Below are positions 44,609-54,890 of a stretch of DNA of 64,000 bases, piece after piece (positions within the stretch are counted from its first letter, which is position 1; the number at the start of each line of letters is the position of its first letter). This DNA comes from Clostridiales bacterium (GTDB taxonomy: Bacteria; Bacillota; Peptococcia; DRI-13; UBA5745), in assembly GCA_038562165.1 (NCBI GenBank), contig JBCFAO010000017.1, positions 1,658 through 65,657 of the forward strand, given 5' to 3'. The notes under the pieces are model-generated. The model worked only from the letters and a program-made list of their open reading frames with translations, did not search any database and was not told the origin of the DNA. The position numbers were made by a program, and so were the translations under genes.

Positions 44609-46297
44609 ATGAAGAAAAGGAACTTGGCATTACTTTTGACGGTGCTCTTTGTGTTAGCGGCTTTTGCCGGCTGCGGCAGCCCCGCTGCTTCCACACCGCC
44701 GGCCACCACGGCTACAACTCCCGAAGCTACCGAACCGGCTGCTTCCGGTATTCCTGCCAAAGTGGCTCCCGGCTATGAAAACATCATGAGGATGGTCACC
44801 AATCCGCAGCCGGACACTTGCGACCCCCAGAAGACCACAGAGTTTTTCTGCGTCAATTTTATGATTTTCAACCGGCTGGCTGAGGCTGTCACCACCGGCC
44901 CCGGCAAAACCGAGCTGATTCCCAGTCTGGCTGAGAAATGGGAGATCAGCGAGGATGCTTTGGAGTACACCTTCTATTTGAGGAAGGACGTTAAATTCCA
45001 CAACGGCAATGATTTTACGGCAGAAGATGTCAAGTACACCTTTGAGCGGATGCTCTGGCCGGAAACCGGCGCCAAAAACCAGGATTTCGTGGATCCCATC
45101 GTAGGCTCCGATGAGGTTATGGCCGGCGCCACCAAAGAGTTATCCGGCGTCACCATTTTGGACGACTATACCATCAAAGTGAAGCTGAAAATGCCCTTCG
45201 GGCCCTTTATTGCCTCAATGGCAGCCCCGGCCATGGGCATTCTGGACAAAGAAGCCACGGAAGCCGCCGGCGCGGATTTTGGTCTGGCGGCTGATAAGAC
45301 CATCGGCACCGGCCCTTATTATTTCGACAAATGGGTGCTCAATGACGAGCTTTTAGTCAAACGCTTCGACGGCTATTGGGATAAGCAGCCGGAACTGGAG
45401 GGCATCTCCTGGAAGATCATCAGCGACGCTGAAACCATGCGGATGATGTTTGAAGCCGGGGAGCTGGACGTCTTTGACACCGAGTTTGCCCTGAGCCAGT
45501 TGGAGTATTTCACCAACAGTCCCAAATATGCCAACAATATCGTGGCCGGCGACCGGGTAGGTATCTACTATCTCACCTTCAATCAGCAGATCAAGCCCTT
45601 CGATGATGTGCGGGTAAGAAAAGCTTTGCAGATGGCCATGGACCGTCAGGGCCTGGTAGACGCTCTCAACGGCGGCCGGGGGACTCCCCGCTACGGCATT
45701 TTCCCGCCCGGCGTTATGGGCTACAATCCCAATCTGCCGGAAATCCCGTATGATGTGGAGAAAGCCAAGGCTTTGCTGGCCGAAGCCGGCTATCCCGATG
45801 GTTTTGAGATGACCATCGCCCACGACAGTTCCAGCACCTCAGCTCTGCCCAGGGTGGAACTGCTGGCTTCCCTGCTGGAGGATATCGGTCTGAAGGTTAC
45901 CATCGATTCCATGGACAGCGCCACCTGGTTTGCCACCAGAGCCGAAGGCAAGCTGCCCGCTTACACCAGCAGCTGGTCTGCCGACTACAATGATCCGGAC
46001 AATTTCATTTACACCTTCTTCGCCCCCGGCAACACGGTGAAGCGTTCCTTCAACTTCAATAACCCGGCCCTGTCCAAGCGGATTGTGGACGCCCGGGCTA
46101 TCGTAGACCCGGCGGCCAGAGAAAAAGAATATCAAGCTTTGGAAATTGCAGTTATCCAGGAGGAAGCTGCCTGGATTCCTCTGTACAGCGTACAACATGT
46201 ATTCCTGGTTAACGACCGTCTTCAAGGCTTTAAGCCTGCCTGGAATGGCTGGAGTGACGGCTGGTATTATTACGACGGCTTGCGTATCGTGAACTAG
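44609..46297 (+). CDS. ABC transporter substrate-binding lipoprotein, family 5 (peptide/nickel, Opp/Dpp-type)
   Basis: Lipoprotein signal (LAAFAGCGS), about 560 aa with family-5 architecture. Start at ATG 44609 after GGGAGGG. Confidence 0.85.
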   Translation: MKKRNLALLLTVLFVLAAFAGCGSPAASTPPATTATTPEATEPAASGIPAKVAPGYENIMRMVTNPQPDTCDPQKTTEFFCVNFMIFNRLAEAVTTGPGKTELIPSLAEKWEISEDALEYTFYLRKDVKFHNGNDFTAEDVKYTFERMLWPETGAKNQDFVDPIVGSDEVMAGATKELSGVTILDDYTIKVKLKMPFGPFIASMAAPAMGILDKEATEAAGADFGLAADKTIGTGPYYFDKWVLNDELLVKRFDGYWDKQPELEGISWKIISDAETMRMMFEAGELDVFDTEFALSQLEYFTNSPKYANNIVAGDRVGIYYLTFNQQIKPFDDVRVRKALQMAMDRQGLVDALNGGRGTPRYGIFPPGVMGYNPNLPEIPYDVEKAKALLAEAGYPDGFEMTIAHDSSSTSALPRVELLASLLEDIGLKVTIDSMDSATWFATRAEGKLPAYTSSWSADYNDPDNFIYTFFAPGNTVKRSFNFNNPALSKRIVDARAIVDPAAREKEYQALEIAVIQEEAAWIPLYSVQHVFLVNDRLQGFKPAWNGWSDGWYYYDGLRIVN

Positions 46298-46329
46298 GCC
46301 CAACAGCCGCAACCCTTGCCAGGGTAGAA

Positions 46330-46419
46330 GGGGCTGTCTCACCAACGCCTCAAATGCTTTATAGCCTGTTGGTTTTGAAGGCTATAAACACTGCCTGAGG
46401 CCTGAACTGAGACAGCTCC
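46330..46419 (+). promoter_or_regulatory. nested intercistronic hairpin between the binding-protein and permease genes
   Basis: Three nested arm pairs: GGGGCTGTCTCA / TGAGACAGCTCC, GCCTCA / TGAGGC, and TTTATAGCC / GGCTATAAA. Confidence 0.5.
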
Positions 46420-46450
46420 TTTGCTGCCCGGTCTGAACAGGAGCAATCAT

Positions 46451-47371
46451 ATGGCAAAATATATAATAAAACGAATTCTGGTAGCATTTCCGGTCTTGAT
46501 TGCAGTATCCTTGATCCTGTTTATTCTGCTTAATGTGGTGCCGGGAGATCCCGTAACCGTCATGATGCGGGAACATATCAAGCCGGAGCTTATCGAGGTT
46601 TTCAGAGAACGGATGGGCCTTAATGATCCCATCCTGGTGCAATTTGGGAGATATGTGCTTAATGCCCTGCGGGGAGACTTCGGCATGTCCTACAAGCTGC
46701 AGCGGGATGTATCGGCTATGATCCGGGAGGCCTTTCCCCATACGATCAAGCTGGCTATCTACGCAGCCTTGGTGGCCTGGCTCATCGGCATTCCCGCCGG
46801 CATCTTATCGGCGGTAAAGCAAAACACGCTGGTGGACAGGGCCTTCATGTCCTTTTCCCTCATGGGAGTTTCCCTGCCGGTTTTCTGGGCCGGCCTGCTG
46901 ATGCAGTACCTCTTTGCCTTTAAACTAGGCTGGCTGCCGGTAACCGGCTATTACAGCCTCCGGTACTACGTTTTGCCGGCTATCGTCCTGGGCTGGCAGT
47001 CGGCGGGGACCATCGCCCGCCTCACCCGCTCCAACCTTCTTGAAGTCATGAAGAATGATTATATCCGTACGGCCAGGGCCAAGGGCCTGGGAGAAACGGT
47101 GGTGGTGGTAGGCCACGCCCTAAAAAATGCCATGCTGCCGGTGGTAACCATGATGGCTATGCAGGTGGCCGGCCTTTTAGGCGGCGCCGTGATGACGGAA
47201 AGTATTTTTGGTATCCCCGGCCTGGGCCGGATTACGGTGGACGCCATGGGAACCAGGGATATGCCCCTTTTGCAGGGCTCCGTCCTGTTTATCACTGCAA
47301 TCATTATTATCGGCAACATGGTGGCGGATCTGCTGTATGCCTTCCTTGATCCCAGAATCCGAGTAGAGTAG
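46451..47371 (+). CDS. ABC peptide transporter permease (DppB/OppB-like)
   Basis: Starts MAKYIIKRIL, a typical N-terminus. About six TM segments, and an EAA-loop region (YIRTARAKGL). Confidence 0.85.
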   Translation: MAKYIIKRILVAFPVLIAVSLILFILLNVVPGDPVTVMMREHIKPELIEVFRERMGLNDPILVQFGRYVLNALRGDFGMSYKLQRDVSAMIREAFPHTIKLAIYAALVAWLIGIPAGILSAVKQNTLVDRAFMSFSLMGVSLPVFWAGLLMQYLFAFKLGWLPVTGYYSLRYYVLPAIVLGWQSAGTIARLTRSNLLEVMKNDYIRTARAKGLGETVVVVGHALKNAMLPVVTMMAMQVAGLLGGAVMTESIFGIPGLGRITVDAMGTRDMPLLQGSVLFITAIIIIGNMVADLLYAFLDPRIRVE

Positions 47372-47379
47372 GTGATACC

Positions 47380-48318
47380 ATGCAAAACAGCGATATTCTT
47401 ATTTTAAATGATCAAAACCTCCCACCGGATCTGGGCCTGCCGCCGGCAGAAGATATTGATGCGGAGCTTCTGGATAACGAGACCATGGGGGACAGAATTA
47501 AAACCATGCTGCGCAAAAACAAATTGGCGGCAGCTTCATTTGTAGTTATTGTTCTTATGTGTCTGGCGGCGGCCTTCGCCCCCTTTCTGACGCCCTATGA
47601 GCCCAACAAAACCTCCCTGAAGGACCGGCTGGCTCCTCCTTCCCGGGAGCATATCCTGGGCTGCGACGAACTGGGCCGGGATCATTTTACCCGCCTGCTG
47701 TACGGCACCAGGGTTTCCGTGATGATCGGCCTTTTTCCCACCAGCGTGGCCATGATTATCGGTACGGTTTTGGGACTGTTTGCCGGGTTTTACGGCGGCA
47801 AGATCGATTTTGTGATCATGCGGCTGGCCGATGTGGTGCTGGCCTTTCCTTCATTGCTTTTGGCCATGGTGGTTTCCTATACTTTAAAAGGCGGTATTAT
47901 CAGCATCTTCCTTGCCCTGGCTGCCGTCAAATGGGCCAGGACGGCCCGGGTAATCCGGGCTCAGACCTTGGCCATGAAAGAAAAGGAGTTTGTGGAGGCT
48001 GCCCGCTCCTTAGGAGTTAAAAAGAGCACCATTATGTTCCGCCACATCCTACCCAACTGCCTGCCCAATTTAATCGTCCTGCTGACCCTCAACATTCCGG
48101 AGTCGATTTTGGACGAGGCCAGCCTCAGCTTTCTCGGCATCGGGGCCCAGCCTCCTTCCACAAGCTGGGGTCTGATGGTTTTTCGCTGCAAACCCTTTTT
48201 GTTTGAGTATCCCTGGCTGGCCATCGCTCCCGGCGTAGCTATTCTGGTTTTTGTGCTGGCCTTCAATTTCTTGGGTGACGGTGTCCGGGATGCCCTGGAT
48301 CCCTATCTGAAGGATTAG
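47380..48318 (+). CDS. ABC peptide transporter permease (DppC/OppC-like)
   Basis: Contains HILGCDELGRD and FVEAARSLG, as in DppC/OppC. Confidence 0.85.
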   Translation: MQNSDILILNDQNLPPDLGLPPAEDIDAELLDNETMGDRIKTMLRKNKLAAASFVVIVLMCLAAAFAPFLTPYEPNKTSLKDRLAPPSREHILGCDELGRDHFTRLLYGTRVSVMIGLFPTSVAMIIGTVLGLFAGFYGGKIDFVIMRLADVVLAFPSLLLAMVVSYTLKGGIISIFLALAAVKWARTARVIRAQTLAMKEKEFVEAARSLGVKKSTIMFRHILPNCLPNLIVLLTLNIPESILDEASLSFLGIGAQPPSTSWGLMVFRCKPFLFEYPWLAIAPGVAILVFVLAFNFLGDGVRDALDPYLKD

Positions 48319-48330
48319 GAGGCGATTAGT

Positions 48331-49392
48331 ATGATGACGAATTTGGCAGCCGGCAGGGCAGCCGATAGGATAATGGATATGGCGGCAGATACAGCGGCAG
48401 GGAGTCAGGAAATGCTGACCATCACCGATTTAAAGACTCACTTTTTTACCCAAAGGGGCGTAGTACCGGCAGTGGACGGCGTTACCATTCGTATTCCCGA
48501 AAAACAGGTTATGGGCATTGTTGGGGAATCGGGCTGCGGCAAAAGTGTTACGGCTATGTCGATTTTGCAGTTGGTCAGCCGGCCGGGCCGGATCGTCGGC
48601 GGCAGCATCATGCTGGACGGCGAAGAACTGGTAGGCAAAAGCATCAAAGAAATGCGGGATATCCGGGGCAATAAGGTTTCGGTGATTTTTCAGGAACCTA
48701 TGACCTCCCTGAATCCCGTATATACGGTGGGACGGCAGGTTAGCGAAGCTATCACTGTCCACCGGCATGTAGGCAAGCAGGAGGCCCGCCAACAGGTCAT
48801 TGAAATGTTCAAGGCCGTAGGTATTCCCGAGGCGGAGCGGCGTTTTAATTCTTTTCCCCATCAGCTTTCCGGCGGCCTGCGGCAGCGGGTAATGATTGCT
48901 ATGGCCATGGTCTGCCAGCCCAAGCTGATGATTGCCGATGAGCCGACTACCGCCCTGGATGTGACCATCGAGGCTCAGATTCTCCATCTGATGCGGCGGT
49001 TGGAGGAGAAGTCCAATACCTCTATTATGCTGATCACCCACAACATGGGGGTGGTGGCGGAAATCTGTGACTTTGTTTACGTTATGTATGCCGGCAAGGT
49101 GATGGAGCAAGCGCCGGTCTTTGAGCTTTTTGACCATACAAAACATCCCTACACCAAGGGGTTGCTGAATTCCATACCTAAACCTACAGAGGAAAAGCAA
49201 AGGCTATATAATATCAAAGGCATGGTGCCTAATTTGCTGCGGCTGCCTAAGGGCTGCCGGTTTTCTCCCCGCTGCGAATACGCCATGCCGGAATGCCGGG
49301 AGAGGGAACCGGAGCTTTATGACTGCGGTAAAAACCATAAGGTCCGTTGCTTTCTTTATCAAAAGGACCAAGGAGGCGGCGCCGATGAATAA
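48331..49392 (+). CDS. ABC peptide transporter ATP-binding protein (DppD/OppD-like)
   Basis: Walker A GESGCGKS, signature [14 protein letters not shown], and a C-terminal oligopeptide-type extension with the cysteine pattern [14 protein letters not shown]. Confidence 0.85.
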   Translation: MMTNLAAGRAADRIMDMAADTAAGSQEMLTITDLKTHFFTQRGVVPAVDGVTIRIPEKQVMGIVGESGCGKSVTAMSILQLVSRPGRIVGGSIMLDGEELVGKSIKEMRDIRGNKVSVIFQEPMTSLNPVYTVGRQVSEAITVHRHVGKQEARQQVIEMFKAVGIPEAERRFNSFPHQLSGGLRQRVMIAMAMVCQPKLMIADEPTTALDVTIEAQILHLMRRLEEKSNTSIMLITHNMGVVAEICDFVYVMYAGKVMEQAPVFELFDHTKHPYTKGLLNSIPKPTEEKQRLYNIKGMVPNLLRLPKGCRFSPRCEYAMPECREREPELYDCGKNHKVRCFLYQKDQGGGADE

Positions 49393-50380
49393 TACATTAA
49401 ATCATGATGGAGCCAAGGTTTTGGCAGCAGCGGAAAATGTGGTAAAGGAGTTCAAGCTTTCCGGCAATATCCGCCGGGGCCAGATGGTGGTTCATGCGGT
49501 TACCGATGTAAGTCTGAATATCTATGAAGGCGAAACCCTGGCCATGGTGGGGGAGTCGGGCTGCGGCAAAAGCACCATGGGCCGCCTGTTTTTGCGGCTT
49601 TTGGAGCCCACCGCCGGCAACGTGCGCTTTGAAGGCCGGGATCTGGCGGAGATGGGGGAGGAAGAGCTGCGTCATCTGCGTAAGAAGATGCAAATCATTT
49701 TTCAAGATCCTTATGCCTCCTTAAATCCCCGGATGACCGTGGCCCAAATTATTGCCGAGCCTCTGAATACCCATCGGATCTATGGCAGCCAAAAAGAGAC
49801 GGAAGCCAGAGTCAAGGAGCTGATGAAAAAGGTGGGTATCCGGCCGGAATTTACCAACCGCTATCCCCATCAGTTTTCCGGCGGCCAAAGGCAGCGTATC
49901 GGCATTGCCCGGGCCCTGGCCTTAAATCCCAGTCTGATTGTCTGTGACGAGCCCGTCTCTGCCCTGGATGTCTCCATCCAGGCTCAAATCCTCAATCTGC
50001 TCCATGATCTTCAAAAGGAAATGGGGCTTACTTATCTTTTTATTTCCCATGATCTCAGCGTGGTTCGCTATATCTCCGACCGGATCTGTGTTATGTTTTT
50101 GGGCAAGCTCTGTGAAGTAGGACCTACGGAGGAGATTTTCCGGGAGCCGAAACATCCTTATACCAGGTTTCTGCTGGAAGCGGTGCCCAAGCCCAATCCC
50201 CATTTGCGCAAGGAACAAAAAGCCTTTCTCACCGGCGAAATGCCCAGCCCCGTAAGGCCGCCCACGGGATGCCGTTTTCATACCCGCTGCCCCTTGGCGG
50301 TGGAGCGCTGCAGCCAGGAAGTGCCGGTGTTGCGGAACATAGAGGGCCGGCAGGTAGCTTGCCATATGGTGACTTCTTGA
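49385..50380 (+). CDS. ABC peptide transporter ATP-binding protein (DppF/OppF-like)
   Basis: Walker [10 protein letters not shown], signature [15 protein letters not shown], and C-terminal [14 protein letters not shown]. Start at ATG 49385 after AAGGAGG. Confidence 0.85.
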   Translation: MNNTLNHDGAKVLAAAENVVKEFKLSGNIRRGQMVVHAVTDVSLNIYEGETLAMVGESGCGKSTMGRLFLRLLEPTAGNVRFEGRDLAEMGEEELRHLRKKMQIIFQDPYASLNPRMTVAQIIAEPLNTHRIYGSQKETEARVKELMKKVGIRPEFTNRYPHQFSGGQRQRIGIARALALNPSLIVCDEPVSALDVSIQAQILNLLHDLQKEMGLTYLFISHDLSVVRYISDRICVMFLGKLCEVGPTEEIFREPKHPYTRFLLEAVPKPNPHLRKEQKAFLTGEMPSPVRPPTGCRFHTRCPLAVERCSQEVPVLRNIEGRQVACHMVTS

Positions 50381-50418
50381 TGCTTTAAGGCGAATTGAAT
50401 AAATAGGGGAGCAGAAGA

Positions 50419-51279
50419 ATGCAAGACAGCATGCGGCACGAAATGGCTTTGGAAAAACGGATAGAACGGGAGATCATGAGTTTCAGCGGAATTATGGGTA
50501 TCTATGCCTCGGACTTGCGGGGCCGGGTGGTAGTCATAAATGCCGACGAGCCTTTTGAGACGGCCAGCACCATCAAATCTTTTATTTTGGCGGTGCTCTT
50601 TCAAAAGGCGGCGGCGGGCACAAAAGATCTGAATCATATGCTGGCCTACACCCGGGAAAACTTTATTGACGGCAGCGGCCTGCTGCGGGCTTTAGAACTG
50701 GGCACTGCCCTGTCGGTCAAAAATTTAGCTACCCTGATGATTATCGTTAGTGATAATATTGCCACCAACATGCTCATAGACTATATAGGGCTGGACGAGA
50801 TCAATGAAGCCATCGCCGCAATGGGCTTTACCGGCACCCGGCTCCACTGCAAGCTGGGAGAAGGGGGCTGGGCCAGGTTGGGCACTACTACCCCAAGGGA
50901 TTACGGCCGCCTCTTTGAGCGGCTAGCTGCAGAGGAATTGACGGGTTCCCCAGGGGACCGGCAAATGCTGGAGATATTTAAACAGCAGCGGTTCAATACG
51001 GCCTTGACCTATCTGTTGCCCCCTTATTATTTTGATGAGGATAATTACGGTGAAGAGAGCCCCATTTATCTGGCTTCCAAAAGCGGCTCCATGAACGCCT
51101 GCCGCAATGACGGCGGTATTGTAGGCACTCCCTGGGGCAGCTATGCCCTGGCCCTGTTTACCAAAGGCTTCAGCGACAAGCAATACCACAAAAACCATGA
51201 ATCCTATGTTTACGGCGGCAGGGTCAGCCGTCTGCTCTTCGATCAATATTTAGCTTTGGAAGGAAGGTTTGCTCTATGA
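50419..51279 (+). CDS. class A beta-lactamase-related serine hydrolase
   Basis: The three motifs appear in order: SxxK (ASTIKSF), SDN (VSDNIATN) and KSG (SKSGSM). No obvious signal peptide. Confidence 0.6.
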   Translation: MQDSMRHEMALEKRIEREIMSFSGIMGIYASDLRGRVVVINADEPFETASTIKSFILAVLFQKAAAGTKDLNHMLAYTRENFIDGSGLLRALELGTALSVKNLATLMIIVSDNIATNMLIDYIGLDEINEAIAAMGFTGTRLHCKLGEGGWARLGTTTPRDYGRLFERLAAEELTGSPGDRQMLEIFKQQRFNTALTYLLPPYYFDEDNYGEESPIYLASKSGSMNACRNDGGIVGTPWGSYALALFTKGFSDKQYHKNHESYVYGGRVSRLLFDQYLALEGRFAL

Positions 51280-52223
51280 TATTTCCACCGGCTCTAAAAT
51301 TGGGTGACACTATCGGTTTGATTGCTCCTTCTTCCCCGGTACCGGCTGACCGGGTTGAAGCCTGCAAGGCTCTTTTGGAGAGCTGGGGATATAAAGTCAA
51401 AGAAGGCAACGGCATTTACAGTGCCCTCCACGGCTATCTTGCCGGTCCGGCGCCTGCCCGGGCGGCGGATATTAACGCCATGTTTGCCGATCCGGCAGTA
51501 AAGGCTATTTTTTGCCTGCGGGGAGGCGACGGCAGCTGTCAGGTCATGGATAAGCTGGATCTAAGAATAATCCGCTCTAATCCCAAAATATTTGTGGGCT
51601 ATAGCGATATCACAAATTTTCATGTGTTTCTGAACCAGCAAGCCGGGCTGGTGACTTTCCACGGTCCCATGGTATCCGCCAATATGCTGGAGGACTATGA
51701 TGAATTTACGAAGGAGTCCTTCGAGGCGGCTCTGGCTTTGGGCAATAAAGGCAGCCTGGAACTGAAAAACCCCGAAGGGGAGCCTTTTAAAGCTTTGCGC
51801 TTCGGCCAGGCTGAGGGAACCATTGCAGGAGGCAATCTCTCTCTGATCTGCTCCATGCTGGGTACGCCTTACGAAATCAATACCAAAGGGAGAATCCTGT
51901 TTATCGAAGATGTGGATGAAACCACCTGGCATGTGGACCGGATGCTTTATCATCTGAAATACAGCGGCAAGCTGGATCAGGCAGCCGGTGTTATCGTAGG
52001 GGATTTTGGAGGCCAAAGCAACCCCCGGGACCCCGGCTATCTTGTGGAGGAGTTGCTGCGGGATTTCTTTACGGGCTACAATAAGCCGGTGATTTACAAC
52101 GTAAAATCCGGCCATTGCATTCCCCTGTCTACGATCCCTCTGGGCACAGTTTGCTCCATGGAAACCGGCAAAATATCGGCGGCCGGCGGCGAAGAGCCGA
52201 AGATCGTTTTCCGTTGGCCTTGA
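51276..52223 (+). CDS. ldcA: LD-carboxypeptidase (peptidase S66, muramoyl-tetrapeptide carboxypeptidase type)
   Basis: Contains GDTIGLIAPSS, the nucleophile block GYSDITNFH, and C-terminal SGHCIP. ATGA overlap with the previous gene. Confidence 0.8.
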   Translation: MIFPPALKLGDTIGLIAPSSPVPADRVEACKALLESWGYKVKEGNGIYSALHGYLAGPAPARAADINAMFADPAVKAIFCLRGGDGSCQVMDKLDLRIIRSNPKIFVGYSDITNFHVFLNQQAGLVTFHGPMVSANMLEDYDEFTKESFEAALALGNKGSLELKNPEGEPFKALRFGQAEGTIAGGNLSLICSMLGTPYEINTKGRILFIEDVDETTWHVDRMLYHLKYSGKLDQAAGVIVGDFGGQSNPRDPGYLVEELLRDFFTGYNKPVIYNVKSGHCIPLSTIPLGTVCSMETGKISAAGGEEPKIVFRWP

Positions 52224-52294
52224 TATTTGACCCTGATAGAATTGATGGCGTAAGGCTGGGAAATAACTGGACGTAAGCTTAATAGCAGTTTGAC

Positions 52295-52336
52295 AAAAAA
52301 TGAGGCAGGCCGACAAATCCTGAACCTCATTTTTTA
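52295..52336 (+). terminator. rho-independent terminator after ldcA
   Basis: AAAAAATGAGG ... CCTCATTTTTT. Confidence 0.6.
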
Positions 52337-52446
52337 TCAAGAAAAAAGTTTTTTCAAAAAATATTTCGGTAATAAATTTTTTCTATTTACTTTTTTTGTA
52401 TTAGGTATTATTATAAAGAAAATATTTTGGAAGATAGGCGATGTAA

Positions 52447-52917
52447 ATGATTCGTATTGACCGTATCGACATTCATATCATTAAGTGCCTAAAGGAAAAT
52501 GCCAGAATAAACGCTTCGGAAATTGGGGAGCGGGTCAATATGTCTGTTTCCGCCGTCATTGAGCGGATGAAGAAGCTGGAGACTTCCGGTGTGATCCGGC
52601 AGTATACCGTGGTTTTGGACCACAAAAAAATCGGCAAGGATGTTAGCGCTTTTATCTCGGTGAGCTTGGAGCATCCAAAGCATAATGACAAATTCATTGA
52701 CGAAATCAACAAAAATCCGGAAATTATGGAATGCAGCTACGTCACCGGCGATTTTGACTTTTTGCTGAAGGTGATAACCAATTCCACCGATACCCTTACA
52801 GAATTGCTCAATCAGATCAAGTCTATACCCGGCGTATCTCTGACCCGTACTCTGGTGGTATTGTCCTCTACCAAAAACCAATTTTCCGTATTGCCGGAGC
52901 TGAAAAGGAAAGACTAA
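52447..52917 (+). CDS. Lrp/AsnC family transcriptional regulator
   Basis: 156 aa. N-terminal HTH (DIHIIKCLKENARINASEIGERVNMSVSAVIERMKKLE) plus a RAM/ACT-like C-terminal domain. Confidence 0.85.
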   Translation: MIRIDRIDIHIIKCLKENARINASEIGERVNMSVSAVIERMKKLETSGVIRQYTVVLDHKKIGKDVSAFISVSLEHPKHNDKFIDEINKNPEIMECSYVTGDFDFLLKVITNSTDTLTELLNQIKSIPGVSLTRTLVVLSSTKNQFSVLPELKRKD

Positions 52918-52940
52918 CTTGTTGAAAGGAGATAAGGGAA

Positions 52941-54056
52941 ATGATTATAGGTGTACCAAAGGAAATCAAAGCCCAGGAAAACCGGGTGGGCTTAACTCCT
53001 GCCGGAGTGGATGCTTTCGTAAAAGCCGGCCATAAAGTCTATTTGGAAAGCAATGCGGGATTGGGGACCGGTTTTACCGATGCGGAGTACGAGGCCGCCG
53101 GCGGTGAAATACGGGCCGATGCCCGGCAGATATATAGCGCCGCCGACATGATCATTAAGGTAAAGGAGCCCTTAGCCCCGGAATACGGCTTGCTGAAAGA
53201 AAACCAGATTCTTTTTGCCTATCTGCACTTAGCGCCGGACCCGGAGCAGACGGAAGCTCTGCTGAAGCAGAAGGTCATTGGCGTAGCCTATGAAACGGTA
53301 CAGCTACCGAATAAAGCCCTGCCCTTATTATCCCCCATGAGCGAAGTGGCCGGCCGCATGTCCATTCAGATAGGAGCCCGGTTGCTGGAGAAAAACTGGG
53401 GCGGCGCCGGCATCCTTTTGGGCGGGGTTCCCGGTGTGGAGCCGGCCAAGGTGGTTGTTATCGGCGGCGGCAACGTAGGCCTTAGCGCCATTAGAATGGC
53501 GGTGGGCCTGGGGGCCCAAGTGACGGTGCTGGATGTGTCCGCCAGCCGTTTATCCTATTTGGACGACATGTTTATGGGCAGGATTGTTACGTTAATGTCC
53601 AACAATTATAATATTGCCAAATGCGTCAAAGAAGCGGATCTGGTGGTGGGCGCCGTCTTGATCCCGGGAGCCAGGGCCCCCAAGCTGGTCAAAGAAGAAA
53701 TGGTCAAATCCATGCGGCCCGGTTCCGTGCTGGTGGACGTGGCTATTGACCAGGGCGGTTCTATTGAAACTATCGACCGGATTACCACCCATGAGGACCC
53801 TTATTTTATTAAGCACGGGGTGATTCACTATTCCGTGGCCAATATGCCCGGCGCCGTGCCCCGCACCTCCACTTTTGCCTTGACCAATTCCACCTTGCCC
53901 TATGCTTTGCAGATCGCCAACAAAGGAGTGGAGCAGGCCATGAAGGAGGACCCGGCCTTGCTGCTGGGGCTCAATACTTATAAAGGCAAGCTGACTTACC
54001 AGCCGGTGGCCCAGGCCCAGGGTAAGGAATACACGCCGGCGGCCGGATTATTTTAA
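52941..54056 (+). CDS. ald: alanine dehydrogenase
   Basis: 371 aa. Starts [23 protein letters not shown], has the NAD fold [13 protein letters not shown], and contains [16 protein letters not shown]. Confidence 0.9.
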   Translation: MIIGVPKEIKAQENRVGLTPAGVDAFVKAGHKVYLESNAGLGTGFTDAEYEAAGGEIRADARQIYSAADMIIKVKEPLAPEYGLLKENQILFAYLHLAPDPEQTEALLKQKVIGVAYETVQLPNKALPLLSPMSEVAGRMSIQIGARLLEKNWGGAGILLGGVPGVEPAKVVVIGGGNVGLSAIRMAVGLGAQVTVLDVSASRLSYLDDMFMGRIVTLMSNNYNIAKCVKEADLVVGAVLIPGARAPKLVKEEMVKSMRPGSVLVDVAIDQGGSIETIDRITTHEDPYFIKHGVIHYSVANMPGAVPRTSTFALTNSTLPYALQIANKGVEQAMKEDPALLLGLNTYKGKLTYQPVAQAQGKEYTPAAGLF

Positions 54057-54093
54057 GCCGGATGTTTTAAATACCATAGCGGCTTAATGATAA

Positions 54094-54124
54094 GGGAGCG
54101 CCTCAAATGAGGCGCTCCCTTTTG
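54094..54124. terminator. bidirectional terminator between convergent ald and the ABC ATPase gene
   Basis: GGGAGCGCCTCA / TGAGGCGCTCCC perfect stem followed by TTTT. Confidence 0.75.
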
Positions 54125-54125
54125 C

Positions 54126-54890
54126 CTACAATCGGGCGAAAAAAACTTGCTTGCGGCCTTGCCATTCAGCGATATCCACATCCACCTCGTAAACTTGGCG
54201 GATGTTTTCCGGCGTAAAAACCTGCTGACTATTCCCTTGGGCGAAAGAGGCGCCGTCTTTAAACAAAACCACCTGATCGCAGAGGATAGAGGCCAGGTTG
54301 AGATCATGGATAGAAACCACTGTCGTTACTTGCTTTTCTGCGGCATAGTTGCGCACAAGGCGGATGGTTTCAAGCTGATACTTCATATCCAGATTGCTGG
54401 TGGGCTCGTCCAACAAAAGCAGTTCCGGCTGCTGGGCGATAGCCCGGGCCATCAGTACCCGCTGCCGCTCCCCGCCGCTAAGACCGTCGAATTGCCGGAA
54501 AGCCAAGGCCTCCAGGTGCAAGCGCTCTATAGCTTCAAAAGCGATTTGCCGGTCCTGGTTGCTGGGACGAAAGCGCAGATAAGGAATCCGGCCCATCATA
54601 ATGATATCCACTACCCGGCAAGCCATGCTCCGGCCGGAGCTTTGGGGCACATAGCCGATTTTGCGGGCCCGTTTTTTGGGGGGCAAAGACAAGAGGCTTT
54701 TATCATCAAGAAGGATATCCCCTTGCCTGACGGGGAGCATGCAGCCCACGCATTTGAGGAGGGTGGTTTTTCCTGCGCCGTTAGGTCCCAAAAGGCCTAC
54801 GACTTGACCCTTTGGCGCTGAGAAGGAAATATGGCTCAATACTGCGGCTCCGCCATAAGAAAAACTCAGGTCTTTTATCTGCAGGTACAT
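54126..54890 (-). CDS. btuD: ABC ATP-binding protein, iron-chelate/cobalamin uptake type (BtuD/FepC-like)
   Basis: Walker A GPNGAGKTT, signature LSGGERQRVLMARAI, Walker B LLLLDEPTSNLD. Last gene of a B12-riboswitch-controlled operon. Confidence 0.75.
   Translation of the reverse strand: MYLQIKDLSFSYGGAAVLSHISFSAPKGQVVGLLGPNGAGKTTLLKCVGCMLPVRQGDILLDDKSLLSLPPKKRARKIGYVPQSSGRSMACRVVDIIMMGRIPYLRFRPSNQDRQIAFEAIERLHLEALAFRQFDGLSGGERQRVLMARAIAQQPELLLLDEPTSNLDMKYQLETIRLVRNYAAEKQVTTVVSIHDLNLASILCDQVVLFKDGASFAQGNSQQVFTPENIRQVYEVDVDIAEWQGRKQVFFARL

Noticed and set aside
44374-44760. A 128-aa minus-strand ORF in the gap upstream of the peptide-binding-protein gene.
   Set aside because: It overlaps the signal-peptide codons of the plus-strand lipoprotein gene in antisense and then runs through AT-rich promoter DNA. 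It has no SD and no recognisable domain.
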